Of a DNA stretch of 64,000 nucleotides, positions 37,363-46,767 are shown piece by piece. The notes under the pieces are model-generated. The model was not told the origin of the DNA. It saw only the letters and a program-made list of their open reading frames with translations, and did not search any database. The stretch is from assembly GCA_963828465.1 (NCBI GenBank), contig CAWHEU010000022.1:512001-576000 (forward strand), read 5' to 3'. A program made the position numbers and the translations under genes. Source of the DNA: an uncultured Acidobacteriota bacterium (GTDB lineage Bacteria > Actinomycetota > Acidimicrobiia > Spongiisociales > ZC4RG35). The first letter of the stretch is position 1, and every line of letters starts with the position of its first letter.

Positions 37363-37698
37363 ATGGCCCTCGATGATCACGAACAGAAGATCCTGGCGGA
37401 GATAGAGCGGCAGTTCTACGAGGAAGATCCGGAGCTGGCCCGTGCCGTCAGGCAGATAGCCAAGCCCTCGCGTGTCGGGGTGCGGCTCGCCATGCTGGGG
37501 GTCGTCGCCGGTCTCGCCATCGTGATCGGCTTCTTCACCTCGAACACCGTCGTCGCCTTTCTCGGCTTCGGGCTGTTGGTCGGCTCGGCGGCCGCCCTGG
37601 TGACCGGGCTCAGATCGCGGGCGTGGCGCGCGACCGACAGCGAGCCACAAGGTGAAGAGCACGGTCCCGGCTGGCAGGATCCCTTTCGCCGCGACTGA
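37363..37698 (+). CDS. DUF3040 family membrane protein
   Basis: MALDDHEQKILAEIERQFYEEDPEL plus 2 TM. Confidence 0.88.
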   Translation: MALDDHEQKILAEIERQFYEEDPELARAVRQIAKPSRVGVRLAMLGVVAGLAIVIGFFTSNTVVAFLGFGLLVGSAAALVTGLRSRAWRATDSEPQGEEHGPGWQDPFRRD

Positions 37699-37814
37699 CT
37701 CCGAGCGGCTAATGTTCCCGGCCCTGGCGGTGGTCTCGGGAGGTTCCACCACCTGAGGAGGAGAGCGTCGGCCCATGACTCTGGGTCGGAGCAGTTGGTA
37801 TTAGGAAGGGACGC

Positions 37815-38312
37815 GTGGACCAGTCATTCACAGCCGAGCAGGCATGCCGGCTGACGAACTGCACTCATCATCAACTTCGATATTGGGATCGTGTTGGACT
37901 GGTCAAACCCTCCGTGCAGACAACGGGTGGAAGACCCGGGGTTCGTCGCCTCTATTCGTTCAGGGATCTCGTCGCACTGAGAGTCGTTCGCAGCCTTCTG
38001 GACAACGGCATGTCGCTGCAGAGGGTCAGACGTGCCTGGGACTATCTCCGCCGGGAGGGAGAGATGGACGACCATCTCGCCGAGGTCAAGCTCGTCACCG
38101 ACGGCCAAACCATATTTCACGTGGGCTCGGACGAGGGGGAGTTGATGGACGCCCTTCGCACAGGCCAGCTCGCCTTCTTCGTTGCAATCGACGAGATCGC
38201 CAGGGAGGTAGAGGAAGACGTCTCCAGATTCGAGCTGGATCGAAGCCGATTTCTGGACATGCTCCGCCGCGTCGAGGACGACATCGGCGAAGAGCGGGCC
38301 GCCGGCTCCTAG
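37815..38312 (+). CDS. MerR-family regulator (Rv1830-like)
   Basis: QLRYWDR.GLV.PS, RLYSFRDLV.LR, G.SLQ. Confidence 0.9.
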   Translation: MDQSFTAEQACRLTNCTHHQLRYWDRVGLVKPSVQTTGGRPGVRRLYSFRDLVALRVVRSLLDNGMSLQRVRRAWDYLRREGEMDDHLAEVKLVTDGQTIFHVGSDEGELMDALRTGQLAFFVAIDEIAREVEEDVSRFELDRSRFLDMLRRVEDDIGEERAAGS

Positions 38313-40627
38313 TCCCGGTCGATCAATGATTTCGGGTTGAGGGAGGCCAGTGCCCGATCCCGACCCTCGAAGTTCCGCTTGATCCAGGTTTCCACATGGG
38401 TCAGGTCCGAGACGTGCCCCAGACCCTCGCGGTTCCCGTAGACCGTGGCCGAATACGACGATGCCAATGGGACCAGTGACCGATCGGTGGCGTGGGCGAA
38501 CTCGAGGGGGGTCTGATTGGAGGGGACCGGGGCGCCGAGGTCGGCGAGGCGATCGACGATCTCGTCCCATGCCGCGGTGATGTCACCCTCGCGCAGCCGC
38601 TGTATCCGTCTCCGCCGTCTGAATGCCTTCAGGGTCGGGACCAGCGCGGCGAGAACTGCCAGGACCGGCAGTATCAGCCAGACCCACGTGAGTTGGAAGC
38701 CGCTGTTGGCGCCAGAACCGGCGCCGATCGCGCCTCCGCCCTCTTCGAACTGGCTTTCGGCGAAGAACCCTGGTTGACCGAGCGTGTCCGAGCCCTCCAC
38801 GCTCTCGGGCAGATAAGGCTCCGGGTCGAATTCAGCCGTGACGCTCTCGGGGAGCGTGCCGTCGGCCCGGGGAGTCGGATCGAAGCGAACCCAGCCGAAC
38901 CCATCCATCCACATCTCGACCCAGGCATGGGCATTGTTGTCCCGGACAACGATCAACTCGCTGCCGTCGTCCTGCAGCTCCACGGTGCCCGGTGTGAATC
39001 CCCAGACAACACGGCTGGGGATTCCCACGACACGGCCCAGGTAGGCCATGGCGGCGGCGAACTGCTCGCAATATCCGATCCGGTAGTTCTGGCTCTCCGG
39101 GTCCGTGAGCCACGCCTCCAGGTCGAGGGTGTCGTGCCCGGTCGACACCTCGGTGGAGTACGTGAAGTCACCGCTGTCCCGGAACCAGTGCTGGAGCAGC
39201 CACGCTGCCTCGAAAGGAGTCGAGGCACGCGCCGTCTGACGTCTCGCCTCCTGACCCAACGCCCGGGGAACCTCCTCGGTGAGATCAGTGAATCTCAAAA
39301 TGTCCGAGGGCGGGGTTACGTCGCCGGGGGGCTCACCGGGTTGCATCGAGGTCGCTCCGGCTTCGGCCGCATTGGCGAACAAGGGGCTGAGAGTGCCATT
39401 GGGGATGGTGGCCAGGGCACCGAGATCCGCATCCTGCAGGGGGAGGATCGACTGGGCGTCGTATTGGTCGCCCTCGTCCAACTCTGCCTGGTAGATGGCC
39501 GAGCCATCGGGGGTGATCTGGAACGCGCTGACATTGACCGACTCCGAACGGAAGAACTGCCCGACGCCGACAGTGGGCAGGACCTGGGACCTCAGGGCAG
39601 CGATCTGGACTCTCTGCGTGATCTCCTGGGTAGTTCCCCGATAGGCGTGCTCCGGGTTGCCGCCTCCGAGTCCCGGCTCGTAGAAGTCCGCCGGGCTGGT
39701 GGTGGGGCGCCAGGCCTCCCCGTCGAAGGAATCGAGACTCTCCATCCGCCAATAGATCTCGTTGGCGGGTGGTGCGTTCAGATCGAGGGTCGCCCGGAAG
39801 ACCACGGCATTCGATCGCCGGATGATGCTTTGGTGCAGGTCGGCGAGGCGATCGAATGTGACGTCGCCGAACCCGGGGCCATAGCCTCCGCCATACCGCC
39901 AGCGGACGTTCCCCGTAGCCGGGACCAGCGAAGAGGCCGAGTCGGCGACGAACAGGGATCCTCCCGCTACCAGGGCGGCGAGGATGAGGGCCATACCGCC
40001 CGCCCGCCGAGCAAGTGGCCGACCCTCGACATCACGGACCCTCCCGGCCTCCTGACGCCGCTCGATCCCGATCGAGGCCAGGGCCAGTGCGATCACTATG
40101 GCTACGGCCCCCATCCAGATCGGCCCGCCCGGTATCCGGTCCATCACCGCGAATTGGAGATAGAGGCCAAGGGAGGGGGCGATCATCGCAATCGAAGGAC
40201 CCGCGGTGGCCCCCCAGACGTAGAGGGCACCCGTGATCCACATCAGCACAGCCAGGACGGCCACGAGACCGGAGGTAGGGAACACCGGAGCCACACCGAA
40301 TCGGATCAGGTCGAGGGTCTGGCCCAGTTCGTCCCCCAGCCCACCCAGGGTGTCCGGGGTCGGGACGAAGCCCAATAACAGCGTGTCGGGGACGGCGATG
40401 CGGAAGAAAAGGGCTAGCCCGGCCACGACGAAGATCGCCATGGAGACTCTCTTGTTGTTGACTGTCTGGGCGAGCAGCCACCAGATCACCCCGCCAAGGA
40501 AGGCGGAGGCGAGCATGATGAGCTGCCAATCGGGCGCCTCCGGCCCGGTGTCGAGGAGCCGCCCGAGCCGGACGATCATCAACACGAAGGCGGCGGCGCC
40601 GGCTAGCCGACCGAGGCCGTTGTCCAT
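38309..40627 (-). CDS. Transglutaminase TgpA family (DUF3488 + TGc + DUF4129-like)
   Basis: GYCEQFAAAM, GIPSRVVWGF, AHAWVE, FDPTP. Confidence 0.92.
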   Translation of the reverse strand: MDNGLGRLAGAAAFVLMIVRLGRLLDTGPEAPDWQLIMLASAFLGGVIWWLLAQTVNNKRVSMAIFVVAGLALFFRIAVPDTLLLGFVPTPDTLGGLGDELGQTLDLIRFGVAPVFPTSGLVAVLAVLMWITGALYVWGATAGPSIAMIAPSLGLYLQFAVMDRIPGGPIWMGAVAIVIALALASIGIERRQEAGRVRDVEGRPLARRAGGMALILAALVAGGSLFVADSASSLVPATGNVRWRYGGGYGPGFGDVTFDRLADLHQSIIRRSNAVVFRATLDLNAPPANEIYWRMESLDSFDGEAWRPTTSPADFYEPGLGGGNPEHAYRGTTQEITQRVQIAALRSQVLPTVGVGQFFRSESVNVSAFQITPDGSAIYQAELDEGDQYDAQSILPLQDADLGALATIPNGTLSPLFANAAEAGATSMQPGEPPGDVTPPSDILRFTDLTEEVPRALGQEARRQTARASTPFEAAWLLQHWFRDSGDFTYSTEVSTGHDTLDLEAWLTDPESQNYRIGYCEQFAAAMAYLGRVVGIPSRVVWGFTPGTVELQDDGSELIVVRDNNAHAWVEMWMDGFGWVRFDPTPRADGTLPESVTAEFDPEPYLPESVEGSDTLGQPGFFAESQFEEGGGAIGAGSGANSGFQLTWVWLILPVLAVLAALVPTLKAFRRRRRIQRLREGDITAAWDEIVDRLADLGAPVPSNQTPLEFAHATDRSLVPLASSYSATVYGNREGLGHVSDLTHVETWIKRNFEGRDRALASLNPKSLIDRD

Positions 40628-41781
40628 GAGCTCCTCATTGCAATCATCCAGGTAGGCGCCCAGGCCTGGTCGGGTGCAACCGATACTGTCGTGACGCCCA
40701 TACGGTGGAAGCCGATCAGGGTCTGAGAGGTCGAAGCCGACGCAGTCATCAGGACGGTTGTCGGGAAGTCGCCCGCCAGCAGTTGCTGAACACCTAGGAG
40801 CGGCCGGTCGGCTACCCCGGTGACGATGACAAGGGCCCCACCGCCACCCTTCTGTCGAATCCTCCCGGCGACGGCTTCGATGTCGATTGCGGGGTCGGGT
40901 TGCACCAGCGCGAGGCGCTCCATCGCCGAGGAGTAGCGGGCGGCGTCAATGGCCTCCGCATCGCCGGCCCAGAGGTCCGCGTCGAATCCTGAGGCGACGA
41001 GATGGGTGACGACCGTGGCCGCGCCCGAGACCGCCTTCTCGAACGCGTCCTGTGACTCGTAGCTGGTGCTGCGCACATCGAGAAGGACCAGGGCGCGGGA
41101 TTGCCACGGGGTCTCGAGCTGGCGGATCATCAGCTCATCGGTTCGAGCCGATGATGGCCAATGAACCCGTCGCAGGTCGTCGCCCTGCTGATACTCACGC
41201 AAGGTGTAGAAGTCTTCGCCTCCGCGCTGAGAATGTTCGGGGCGGGACGCCTGCATGGCCGGGTCCTGGCCCCGGACAATCGGGAACCCGCTCAGCTCCT
41301 CAACGGCGGGATAGACCACGATCCGGTCCGCCGGGCCGGTCAACTCGCTCGTCTCCGCCAGACCGAGAGGATCGCTCACCCGCGCCATCGTCGGCCCGAC
41401 CCGGTAGACGCCACGGGGACGGCAGGTGACCCGATAGGTGGCTGTTGCCGACTCCTTGGACTTGAGTCGCGCCACCTCGAACACCGCCACACCGAGACGG
41501 TTCACGTCGTCCTCGATGGATAGACGGCTGACACCGTGTCGTGATGGGTTCTCGATCAGCAGCGTGACGGTCGTCGTCTCGCCGTCGTGAACCGTGGACG
41601 AGCCGAGTCTCCGGTTCACCTCGAGGTTGGGCCGCCGTCTCCGCACGTGGATGAGGGCGACTGCCTGCGCCAAGAGGAGGAACACGCCGGTGAGAAGCAA
41701 CTCGACCTCGCCGAGGGCATACCAAAGGACGAGAAGGGCAAGACCGGCGCCCGACAGGGCCCAACCTCGCAGTGTCGGCAT
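40603..41781 (-). CDS. DUF58 family protein
   Basis: DPLGL, LREYQQGDDLRRVHWPSSAR. Confidence 0.93.
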   Translation of the reverse strand: MPTLRGWALSGAGLALLVLWYALGEVELLLTGVFLLLAQAVALIHVRRRRPNLEVNRRLGSSTVHDGETTTVTLLIENPSRHGVSRLSIEDDVNRLGVAVFEVARLKSKESATATYRVTCRPRGVYRVGPTMARVSDPLGLAETSELTGPADRIVVYPAVEELSGFPIVRGQDPAMQASRPEHSQRGGEDFYTLREYQQGDDLRRVHWPSSARTDELMIRQLETPWQSRALVLLDVRSTSYESQDAFEKAVSGAATVVTHLVASGFDADLWAGDAEAIDAARYSSAMERLALVQPDPAIDIEAVAGRIRQKGGGGALVIVTGVADRPLLGVQQLLAGDFPTTVLMTASASTSQTLIGFHRMGVTTVSVAPDQAWAPTWMIAMRSSWTTASVG

Positions 41782-42761
41782 CAGGTGGCGATCCGGGACG
41801 TGGTGCCCGGCACCCTCAACCTGCCCATCAGGTCTTCGATGACGTCGGGGAGCGTCTCGCCGCGCATCTGGGCCTCGGGTCGCAGCCCCATGCGATGTTC
41901 CAACACAGGGTGGGCCAGCAGCTTGATGTCGTCGGGTGTGACGTACTCCCTGCCCTGAGAGGCGGCTCGTGCCCTCGACAGCCGTTGGAGGAAGAGCGCC
42001 GAACGCGGCGAGGCGCCAAGCAGGACATCGGGATGCTGGCGGGTTCCGTCTACCAGGTCGATGATGTAGGTCTTCACCGACGAGGAGACCGTCACCTCGC
42101 GGGCCACCACCACGAGCTCTTCGATCTCCTCGACCGAAACCACGGGCTCCAGGTCCAGGAAGGTCGAGCGAACGCCATGGGTATCGAGGATCTCGAGCTC
42201 TTTCTGCCGGCTCGGATAACCGATGACCACTCTCATCATGAACCGGTCCAGCTGGGACTCGGGGAGTGGATATGTCCCCTCGTGCTCTAGAGGGTTCTGG
42301 GTCGCCATGACCATGAACGGGAGTGGCAGGGCGCGGGTCACACCGTCCGAGGTGACCTGGCGCTCCTCCATCGCCTCGAGCAGGGCGGATTGTGTCTTCG
42401 GGCTGGCCCTGTTGATCTCGTCCCCGACCACGATGTTGGCGAAGATCGGACCGGGCTTGAATTCGAACTCGTTGCGGTTGCGGTCCCAGACGGACACGCC
42501 GGTGACGTCGGAGGGGAGGAGATCCGGGGTGAACTGGACCCGTTGGAATTCGCTGTCGATCGACCGGGCTACCGACTTGGCCAACTGCGTCTTCCCAACA
42601 CCGGGGACATCCTCCACGAGGACGTGGCCCTCGGCCACCAGGGCGAGCAGCACCAGTTCGACCACATCCCGCTTTCCCTGAATGACCTTTTCGACGTTGG
42701 TCGCGATCAGGTCGAATCGTTTCGAGAATGCTTCGATTTGCTGAGGTGATACCACGTCCAA
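41781..42761 (-). CDS. moxR: MoxR family AAA+ ATPase
   Basis: EDVPGVGKT, QFTPDLLPSD, DEINRA, ATQNP. Confidence 0.95.
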   Translation of the reverse strand: MDVVSPQQIEAFSKRFDLIATNVEKVIQGKRDVVELVLLALVAEGHVLVEDVPGVGKTQLAKSVARSIDSEFQRVQFTPDLLPSDVTGVSVWDRNRNEFEFKPGPIFANIVVGDEINRASPKTQSALLEAMEERQVTSDGVTRALPLPFMVMATQNPLEHEGTYPLPESQLDRFMMRVVIGYPSRQKELEILDTHGVRSTFLDLEPVVSVEEIEELVVVAREVTVSSSVKTYIIDLVDGTRQHPDVLLGASPRSALFLQRLSRARAASQGREYVTPDDIKLLAHPVLEHRMGLRPEAQMRGETLPDVIEDLMGRLRVPGTTSRIAT

Positions 42762-42837
42762 AGACCCTCCCGACTCGCTTTTGTGGCTTCGATCCTACTG
42801 AGAGACGCTTTTATAGGTAGCTAGAGTTCCCACGGGA

Positions 42838-43089
42838 GTGTCCGACCGATCCATACACAATGGGCCCGGACTGGGCAGGGGTCTGTTTGCCTTGGCTGGC
42901 AGGCCCGTTTTGCTATGGGAAGCGGTCCGTGCCGCCGTAGCGATGAGACGTCGCCATGGTGCCTTTCCCTCCAACGTGTACCTCGACTGGCGGCTGCACA
43001 CGGCCTATGGCCATGCCTCGACGGAACCTCGACCCGAGGATTTGGCGTCTTATCTTTCATGGCGTAGAAGGATGCGTGCGATCTCATGA
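42838..43089 (+). CDS. Hypothetical protein
   Basis: YLDWRLHTAYG...DL..YL.W.R; ATGA-coupled to the next gene. Confidence 0.7.
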   Translation: MSDRSIHNGPGLGRGLFALAGRPVLLWEAVRAAVAMRRRHGAFPSNVYLDWRLHTAYGHASTEPRPEDLASYLSWRRRMRAIS

Positions 43090-43670
43090 AAGAGAAACTG
43101 GTCGAGCGGCTTCAGGACATACCCGGCGTGGAGTCGGTGTCGTTGAATCTCGAAGAACTCGAATCCGGGATCAAGGTCAAACTCGACGAGGACGCCGACG
43201 AGGCCCAAGTCCTCGAGTCGGTCCGTGCCCTCCTGGTGGCCTACGGGGTGAGATCTCTCGAGCATTCTGATCTCGAGATAGGAAATCGCCTCTCCCAGGC
43301 CAGGGCAGCTCTCGGCGTGGACGTCCGAATCTCCCAGGTGAAAGGCGGAGCCAGGGTCGAGGTCATCGGCACCGCCGTGCGCTCGTTCCGGCTTGTGCCC
43401 TCCACACCCATGGCGATCGCTCAGGGCATGTCCGACGCCTGGTGTCAGGTGCTTGGGCGCATACCGCTGGAGATCACGAGGGTCACCCTTTCCCCGGACG
43501 ATGGAACGCTCACTGTCGTCGCCACCGACGGGACTCAGGAGCGGACCGGCCACGCTGACCTCGAGGGTGGCTGGACCATGGCGTTGCCGCTGGCGGTGGG
43601 TCGTGCGATCGGGGTCGTGGAGCCTGCTTCTGAGGCGGGGGAGTCCGGTTTGACCCACACCGATTGGTAA
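43086..43670 (+). CDS. Hypothetical protein
   Basis: 194-aa protein-like ORF in an apparent operon. Confidence 0.75.
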   Translation: MKEKLVERLQDIPGVESVSLNLEELESGIKVKLDEDADEAQVLESVRALLVAYGVRSLEHSDLEIGNRLSQARAALGVDVRISQVKGGARVEVIGTAVRSFRLVPSTPMAIAQGMSDAWCQVLGRIPLEITRVTLSPDDGTLTVVATDGTQERTGHADLEGGWTMALPLAVGRAIGVVEPASEAGESGLTHTDW

Positions 43671-43697
43671 CGTCTCCGGGCAGGAACAGCGTTTCTA

Positions 43698-44195
43698 ATG
43701 GCACGGGTCCTTGTATTGAACGCCAGCTACGAGCCGCTCTCGGTGGTGACCACACGCCGGGCGGTCGTCCTCGTCCTCAACCAGAAGGCCAGCGTCGTCG
43801 TGGGGAAAGACGAGACCTGGAGTTCCGAGAGCTCATCGGTCGAGGTTCCGTCTGTCGTTCGCCTCACCCGCTATGTGAAGGTGCCATATCGCCGCGCTGC
43901 CCCGGTCACCCGACGAGCCGTCTTCGGGCGTGACGGCCACCGATGCCAGTACTGCGGAGGGCCGGCCGAATCCCTCGATCATGTGCTTCCCCGCTCCCGC
44001 GGTGGAGACCACAGCTGGGAAAACGTGGTGGCGTGCTGTCGTCCTTGCAACATCTCCAAGGGGGATCGCCTGCCCACCGAGGCGGGGCTTCGGTTGAGCA
44101 CCAAGCCGGGCCCGCCCCGAAGGTATGCCTGGATCTATGCCTCGACCGGGTATCAAGTAGATCCTGCCTGGCATCCCTATCTCGAAGTCGCCTAG
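43698..44195 (+). CDS. HNH endonuclease
   Basis: LVLNASYEPL, RDGHRCQYCG, DHVLPRSRGG..WEN.VACC..CN. Confidence 0.93.
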   Translation: MARVLVLNASYEPLSVVTTRRAVVLVLNQKASVVVGKDETWSSESSSVEVPSVVRLTRYVKVPYRRAAPVTRRAVFGRDGHRCQYCGGPAESLDHVLPRSRGGDHSWENVVACCRPCNISKGDRLPTEAGLRLSTKPGPPRRYAWIYASTGYQVDPAWHPYLEVA

Positions 44196-44205
44196 CCGTC
44201 TGACC

Positions 44206-44763
44206 ATGGCGCCGCTTCGCCAGGTCTCGGTCGAAGACGCAGATCAAATAGCCGCCATCTACGAGCCCCTGGTGCGGGAGACCGCCGTCTCCTTCGAACT
44301 GGATCCTCCGAGTCCCGCCGAGATGGCGGATCGCATCCGATCGGTCACCTCCGGCCATCCCTGGTTGGTCAGCGAAGAGAGCGGGGTGATCCTCGCCTAC
44401 GCCTATGCGACCTCGTTCCGGGGGCGCTCGGCATACCGGTGGTCGGTCGAGACCACGGTCTATGTGCACGAGGAGCATCGGGGCCGCGGAGTGGGTCGGC
44501 AGGTGTACAGGGGTCTTCTCGACCTCTCAGCCCTCTGGGGTTTCGCCAATGCGTTTGCCGGCATCGCCCTGCCCAACCCGGACAGCGAAGCTCTCCATGC
44601 CTCGATGGGGTTTACCTCGATCGGGATCTTTCCACGGGCGGGGCACAAGCTGGGGGAGTGGCACGACGTCGGCTGGTGGCATCGACCACTCGCATCCAGT
44701 GACCCGCCGCGTGAGCCGGCCCCCCCTCCCAACGATCAGATTCGGGCTCTCCTCCAACCCTGA
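44206..44763 (+). CDS. GNAT N-acetyltransferase (Pat/YncA-like)
   Basis: SFELDPP, YAYA, RSAY.WSVE, RGRGVG, GHKLGEWHDV. Confidence 0.9.
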   Translation: MAPLRQVSVEDADQIAAIYEPLVRETAVSFELDPPSPAEMADRIRSVTSGHPWLVSEESGVILAYAYATSFRGRSAYRWSVETTVYVHEEHRGRGVGRQVYRGLLDLSALWGFANAFAGIALPNPDSEALHASMGFTSIGIFPRAGHKLGEWHDVGWWHRPLASSDPPREPAPPPNDQIRALLQP

Positions 44764-44841
44764 ACCAACTCCTTCTTGTCCTTCTTTCGTCACCTCAGGG
44801 GGCGTCCGTGTCGCCGGCAGGTCACTGGGTGGGGCAAAAGG

Positions 44842-44872
44842 TTGACAAGTGGGGTGAAGTGGGTCATAGTGG
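44842..44872 (+). promoter_or_regulatory. dcw promoter with MraZ-type operator repeats
   Basis: TTGACA-17bp-CATAGT; AGTGG at 44848, 44858 and 44868 (10-bp period). Confidence 0.8.
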
Positions 44873-44931
44873 CGAATACGGCCCATGAGAAGTGGGGTCA
44901 GTGACATGAGGACGGACGGAGAAGCAAAGCA

Positions 44932-45345
44932 GTGTTCCTTGGCGAGTACTTCCACAGTCTCGACGGGAAGAGCCGGGTGGTCATGCCCTCCGGTTTTCGC
45001 CGTGATCTCGAAGACGGTTGTGTCGTCACCAAGGGCCAGGACCGTCAACTCGTCCTCTTCCCGTCCGGTGAGTTCGAGGCGAGGGCGACAGAGGTGACCG
45101 AGATGGAGCAGAACCGCTTCGGACGGCGATTCTCGCGCACGGTCTTCTCCGGCGCCGACCTGCAATCTCTCGACAAGTCGGGGCGGGTGCTCATCAAGCC
45201 CGACCTGAGGGACTTCGCCGACCTGGAGACGGGCAACGAGATCGCGGTGATCGGTGTCTTCGACCACGTCGAGCTGTGGAACAAGACGCAATATCTCGAG
45301 GATCGTGCCCTCGGCGATCAGAGGTACCTGGAGGAGGACGACTAA
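44932..45345 (+). CDS. mraZ: Transcriptional regulator MraZ
   Basis: FLGEY.HSLD.K.R, DKSGRV, IGVFDHVELW. Confidence 0.96.
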   Translation: MFLGEYFHSLDGKSRVVMPSGFRRDLEDGCVVTKGQDRQLVLFPSGEFEARATEVTEMEQNRFGRRFSRTVFSGADLQSLDKSGRVLIKPDLRDFADLETGNEIAVIGVFDHVELWNKTQYLEDRALGDQRYLEEDD

Positions 45346-45372
45346 CGACAGCAAGTGCGTGGCTGGTTCATC

Positions 45373-45447
45373 GCCAGCCCCCCGGAACCAATGGAAGGCC
45401 CCTGACTCCGCCCGCTTCCAATTGGTACCAGCGCCCGGGGGGCTGGC
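45373..45447 (+). promoter_or_regulatory. Long hairpin between mraZ and rsmH (position of the actinobacterial mraW RNA motif)
   Basis: 13-bp perfect stem GCCAGCCCCCCGG/CCGGGGGGCTGGC plus inner ACCAATGGAAG/CTTCCAATTGGT. Confidence 0.55.
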
Positions 45448-45448
45448 A

Positions 45449-46384
45449 ATGAGCCAGAACCGGGACAACGACGACCGGGACTACCACCGGCCGGTTCTGG
45501 AGCATGAGGTGGCTGGGCTGCTGGCCCCGGTGCTGCCGGGTGTCGTGGTGGACGCGACATTCGGTGGCGGGGGACACACCCGCCGGTTACTGGATGAGTT
45601 CGGAGAGAGCGTGAAAGTTGTAGCGATAGATCGCGATCCTGCGGCACTGGCCAACGCCAGCGAGCTCGGCGTACCCGCCGTCCAGGGCAACTTCGCCGAC
45701 CTGAGCGACCTCGTCAGCTCGGTCACCGAGGAGCCGGTGTCCGGCGTCCTCTTCGATTTTGGGGTCTCTTCCCATCAGCTCGACGAGCCCGATCGGGGCT
45801 TCTCCTATCGCCATGACGGGCCGCTGGACATGCGCATGGGCCCCGATGCCGCCTACACCGCGGGCGAGGTGGTCAACGAATGGCCCGAGGACCGTCTCGC
45901 CGATGTCATCCGGCGTTTTGGTGAGGAGCCCCTGGCGCGGCGTCTCGCACATGCCATTGTCGAGGGGCGCCCATATCAGTCGACCAGCCAGCTATCCACC
46001 GTCGTGGCCGCGGCGGTCCCCGCGGCGCGCCGTCGGGCGGGTCATCCCGCCCGACGGACCTTCCAGGCGATCCGCATCGCGGTCAACGGTGAGCTCGACG
46101 CCCTAACGACTGGTCTCGACAGCGCCATCGAGCTGGTGAGACCACAAGGACGGGTCCTGGCCATCTCATACCACTCCCTCGAGGACCGAATCGTGAAGCG
46201 GCGGTTCACCCAAGGCGCCACCGGCTGCACCTGCCCTCCGGATCTCCCGGTTTGTGGATGCGGGAACAGCGCCGAGTTGCGGATTCTCACCAGAAAGCCG
46301 ATTCGCGCCTCCGCTGCTGAGGTCGAGGGGAACAATCGAGCCCGCTCTGCGTCCCTGCGCGCTGCCGAAAAGGTGGCGGCATGA
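45449..46384 (+). CDS. rsmH: 16S rRNA m4C1402 methyltransferase
   Basis: HRPVL, DATFGGGGH, GVSSHQLD, PLDMRM, YHSLEDR. Confidence 0.96.
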   Translation: MSQNRDNDDRDYHRPVLEHEVAGLLAPVLPGVVVDATFGGGGHTRRLLDEFGESVKVVAIDRDPAALANASELGVPAVQGNFADLSDLVSSVTEEPVSGVLFDFGVSSHQLDEPDRGFSYRHDGPLDMRMGPDAAYTAGEVVNEWPEDRLADVIRRFGEEPLARRLAHAIVEGRPYQSTSQLSTVVAAAVPAARRRAGHPARRTFQAIRIAVNGELDALTTGLDSAIELVRPQGRVLAISYHSLEDRIVKRRFTQGATGCTCPPDLPVCGCGNSAELRILTRKPIRASAAEVEGNNRARSASLRAAEKVAA

Positions 46385-46767
46385 CAGCGGCACGCCCACT
46401 GCGGCATCCGGCCCCCAAGCAGGGGGGCATGCGGGTCCTGCGGGGACGAAAGCAGCTTCGGAGACCTGCTCTCGCCCCCTGGATGATGATGGTGCTGATC
46501 GGCGTGGCCGCGTTCCTGGGTCTCGGCTTCGCCAGAACGTCCCTGGACAGGTCGGCGTTCGAGCTCGATCGTCTCGATCGTGCCATTGCCGAGCAGGAGG
46601 CGATCAACGAGCAACTTCGCCTCGAGATCGCCCGCATGGAGAACCCGGCGCGCATCGCGCCACTGGCCGAGGAGCTCGGATTGATGATCCCGGGCGATAC
46701 CAGACAACTTCTGGTGGATCTTGGAGGCCCGGCGGTGGCCTCCGTCGATGAGGGAGATACGCAATGA
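46381..46767 (+). CDS. ftsL: FtsL-like cell division protein
   Basis: TM plus coiled coil, P.RI..LAEELGL; lies between rsmH and ftsI. Confidence 0.75.
   Translation: MTAARPLRHPAPKQGGMRVLRGRKQLRRPALAPWMMMVLIGVAAFLGLGFARTSLDRSAFELDRLDRAIAEQEAINEQLRLEIARMENPARIAPLAEELGLMIPGDTRQLLVDLGGPAVASVDEGDTQ

Noticed and set aside
43698-44195. HNH nuclease as a mobile or defence element
   Set aside because: It is the common standalone LNASYEPL-type HNH, with no flanking repeats, methylase or RNA partner visible.
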